From: Diplonema japonicum | Lineage: Eukaryota > Protista > Euglenozoa: Diplonemea | Assembly (NCBI GenBank): GCA_964019335.1 | Contig: OZ025648.1 | Coordinates: forward strand, 62,001-126,000 | Reading direction: 5' to 3' | Length of the DNA: 64,000 bases | In this document: positions 60,714 to 64,000 of the stretch, piece after piece | How positions within the stretch are numbered: the first letter of the stretch is position 1 | Layout of the letters: each line of letters opens with the position of its first letter | Notes under the pieces: model-generated | The model's database searches: none | What the model was told of the DNA's origin: nothing | The model's input: the letters and a program-made list of their open reading frames with translations, nothing else | Program-made: the position numbers and the translations under genes

Positions 60714-63700
60714 TCACAACGAAGGTGTATGCTGCAGCTTTAGCCTCCACTCAGACCAAGACTGGTTATAGACAATGGCAGGGTCATTGATAACAAGGTG
60801 AGCAGAATAGATTTGAGACTCTGACTTTGTACTGAAACGAGCTTTTTCACGTTTGAACTTGTCGTAAATTTCATTCCGAGACCTCTTAGGGGGCACGGGT
60901 ACAGGGAAGGAGTGGTTGGAGACATCAGAAAACGGTGTCTGTGGTATTGGGTACCATTTTGAGAACAAAAAAAAATACGCATACCGATACTGCGCTCTTT
61001 ACGGTGCCCCCAAAGGCAGAGGGGGATGATGAACGGACCCTACTGTGCGCCATGCTGGGGCTGCCCACACTGGCAGCATCGTGGTCGTCTTCCTCCCGCC
61101 CTTCTTGCCCGAAGAAGAAAACTAAATTCGATGGTTTGAGCCTCACCAAGCCATGCTCCTTGAAGTTCACAGTTAAGACGCTCTCCCTGTCCTTTCCGTT
61201 CGACACCGCTACGCCAGTCACGTAGCCTCGTACCCCGTTCAGGTGGTTCATCTTCTTTAAGTGTGCTGCCTCCACCCAGCTCCCTTCGTGCACCTCTACA
61301 TGCACGCCTATCGTGAGCTCTGTTTTCTTCGCTGCCCTGAACTCATCTATCGCCTATGGTTAGGTTATGAGAATTGGCTTTTTCTTTTTTTTTTTTTTTT
61401 TTGAAATACCATCTGGAAGCTTGGTAGACTCTCCGCCTCCTTCCCGTCTACTGTTAGAATAGTGCCAGGCAGCAGCCCGGCCTTGCACGCCGGTGACCCG
61501 AGTGTGGTGCCGAGAAGCCTTATCTTTCCCTGGTTGATTCCCGAGCCCTGTTATGTTTGTTTCCTTTAAGGTACGGGATACCTGTACGTGGATGTTGAAG
61601 CCCATCTCTGCATCAGGGGAGGGGAGCTTCACCGTGAAGCTGTCGCAGGAGTGAGGGTTGGATCGCGAGACAGACCGCTTCTTGCCCTTGTCGCCCCACC
61701 ACCCCTTGAGCTTCGAGATGGCCGTCTGCGCAACGTACTTCTCGATGACGTTGACCTTCAACATGAAGTAGGGGAAGGTCTGGATGTGGTCGCACTCGAT
61801 GTTCTCCACCGCAACGTGCGCCAGGTCGCCTTGTTTGGCGTCCCACACGTTGAAGGTCTGCTCAACCACCGCCTCCTTGAAGGAGGCCAGCCACGCGGGG
61901 ACCCTCATGAACACGTTGACTGCGTCAATGGGGTCCTTCCGTGATGCTTGCGTCACATGCCTGTCGACAGCTGTCCTCAGCAGCTCCGACCTGTGCAGTG
62001 CTAGCCACGTGTTGAACGCACTCGAACACGGCAGCCACTCAAAGATCTTCTTCATAACACCGAACTCCAGCTTCCGCATCTTTTTCAAAGGGACAGTCCA
62101 CTCCGGAGGGTACACCACACACCCACACCTTTTGATGCAGCCTTCCGTCTCCTCTGCATGCGAGCGCTCATGGAACAGTTCTGTTGCGGTGTCCATTGCC
62201 TTTTGGACGGCAGCCACCTGGCATTCAATCCACTCGACGTCCTTGGCGTTCAGTGACTCTCGACCTGCTTGCAGACAGGCTGCTATGTCTCCCAAAGCAA
62301 GATGGCAGTACAGTAGCCCTAGGTGGCAGGTGTCCCTGTTGGGGTACTGCATGAGCAACGCGAAGAAGGCTTCGCTTGCCTCTTTGTAGTCGCCGTCCTC
62401 GTAAATGTCCCACGCCTCTTGCACCTGCTGCGAGATGTTGTACTCGTTGGAGCGCTCCTCAAGGAACATTGTGATGTCATGCGCCACGTCCTCATTATCA
62501 GGGAGGTAGTCCATCGGAAGCATAGAGTTCTGGTCTCTCCTATACCGCGCACCTGCGCCGATCAGGGTGCACGCCACGTCGGGCTGCGCATAGGCACATG
62601 CCACGTGCAAGGGCGTGATCCCGCACCCTCCTTCGGGCAGATTGTTCATCTCGTTGGCCCTCTTCTTGAAGAAGGCCAACCAGTTAACATTGGCACCCGC
62701 CTCGATCATCACCTTCACATCATCGTCCTCGCCCTCCACCACTGCAGAGAAGAAGACACCAACCTTTCTGCGGAGGTCCCACGAGCTGTACTTGTCTCTG
62801 AGGTATTCTCGCCGCTCTTTTTGTGTTTTTCGGTATGCCATGTAGCACTTTGAGCAGACAGCCTCGAACCTGTGGTGAGTAGATATCAAACTGGGTGGCA
62901 TACTTTCTGCATGCAGAGCATTTGTTTGAGATGGGTACTTCTTTCTTAGGTTTGAACTTCCTGCGTCTTTGGAAGGACGCGTACTGCAGTTCCTCTTCGG
63001 TGAGCTCTGCGCACACCCTGCCCACCACCACGTGGCCGCCCATCACACGGTCGCCAGCAGCCTCGTCATGCGGCGTGACTGAGATATTCCTGTCGACCTC
63101 GTCGTCCCCGTTGAGCCAGTCGCCCGACCTGTGCGGTAGGCGCCCTTCGTGCGCTTGTGTGTTGAAGTACCCGTCGCCTGTTTTGAAGTCGTCCTTTGAG
63201 TCTGTCACCCGCCAGATCCCGTCGGGTGTCGAGAACAGCCACGCCTCTTCCTCCTCTTCCTTCCCTTCCCGCTTCCATACAGGATGCTCGTTCGCTGTCT
63301 CCTCTTGCAGCACGTACTGCCCCGAGTACTCAGAGGCGTAGTCCGTCGATCTTATCACATATTTCTGCACAACCTCTTCTTCTTCCTCTTCTTCTTCCTC
63401 GCTTTTCGTGTCTTCGCCTTCGCTCTTCACACTTGCTGCTTTCTCCTCGCACGGGTCGGTGTGCGAGGAAGGCTTCACAAACGAACCTTTAGGAGAGAGA
63501 GAAGCTAGGGACCCGTTTTCGCTGTGCAGCAACGAGAAGGACCCGTTGGTCTTGGTGTCGGGGGAGGTGAGGCTGCCCAGGCTCGCAAGGGAGTCGCGTT
63601 TTTGCTGCAAAAGGAGTTCAAAAATGTTACAAAGAAAAAGAAAGACAGCATACCTCTCCTCCTACGGACCCCCTGCGCTCTTCGAGGATGACGATGGAGC

Positions 63701-64000
63701 CTTTTGGGAACCACGCACCCCTCCTGTCGCCGAACATGAGACCCACGATGTTGTCTTCCTTGCGCTCCTTGATCATGTGGCCTGTCATGCCCACCCACTT
63801 TTCATAGTCAGCGTCCCACTGGGGCAGCTTAGGGTTGCTCTCTATCATCGCCTTCACCTGTGCTGCGTCGTCGATGACCTTGACCTTCACCCTCTTCGGC
63901 CTTTTGGGGGATGCGGAGGAGCGTATTTCCGGTGACGAGACGGAGCCCAGTCTGATAAGGGACTTTCTTGGCGACGACGACGCCAGGCACGCGAAGTAGT
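60714..64000 (-). CDS. Multidomain protein (Mind-bomb-type SH3-like repeat, W-rich module, ankyrin repeats, TPR-like helices, PDZ-like domain); 5' end outside window
   Basis: Exons 63654->64000, 62904-63604, 61582-62869, 61410-61547, 60985-61353 and 60714-60938 join in frame through introns of 49, 34, 34, 56 and 46 nt. Ankyrin GITPLHVACAYAQPDVACTLIGAGA; PDZ-like GSPACKAGLLPGTILTVDG appears only after splicing. Confidence 0.78.

Noticed and set aside
61354-61581. Single 228-nt intron
   Set aside because: It contains a 138-nt exon (61410-61547) encoding a PDZ-like core, flanked by 34- and 56-nt introns.

Overview
Eukaryotic DNA, most plausibly a euglenozoan and probably a diplonemid. This is inferred from all genes lying on one strand, GTATG-type donors, probable trans-splice acceptors just before start codons, a cruzipain-C-terminal-like domain, and cis-introns in many genes. 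All 16 host protein genes are on the minus strand. The broken ORFs in the six-frame track resolve into spliced genes once 17 very short GT-AG introns (31-56 nt) and two longer intron types (567 nt, and 747 nt x6) are removed. Genes by position: fibrocystin-L-like giant (runs off the left edge), ZZ/RING zinc-finger protein, RGP1, type II membrane protein with an MGAT5-like Cys module, WW-domain DBP2-type helicase, NMNAT-like enzyme, coiled-coil protein, a ~3551-aa membrane protein with 30 CUB domains, a secreted cupredoxin-like/His-motif protein, a hypothetical protein, an S53 peptidase with four inserted Cys-rich modules, two more hypothetical proteins, a pseudo-caspase/IQ protein, COQ10, and an ankyrin/TPR/PDZ protein (runs off the right edge). 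Mobile DNA comprises a 5'-truncated non-LTR retrotransposon fragment and a TTAA-flanked, internally deleted piggyBac. The most striking structure is a 13.4-kb higher-order tandem array inside the CUB gene: a 2127-bp unit made of a 4x345-bp exon plus a 747-bp intron, with copies identical as far as can be read by eye.
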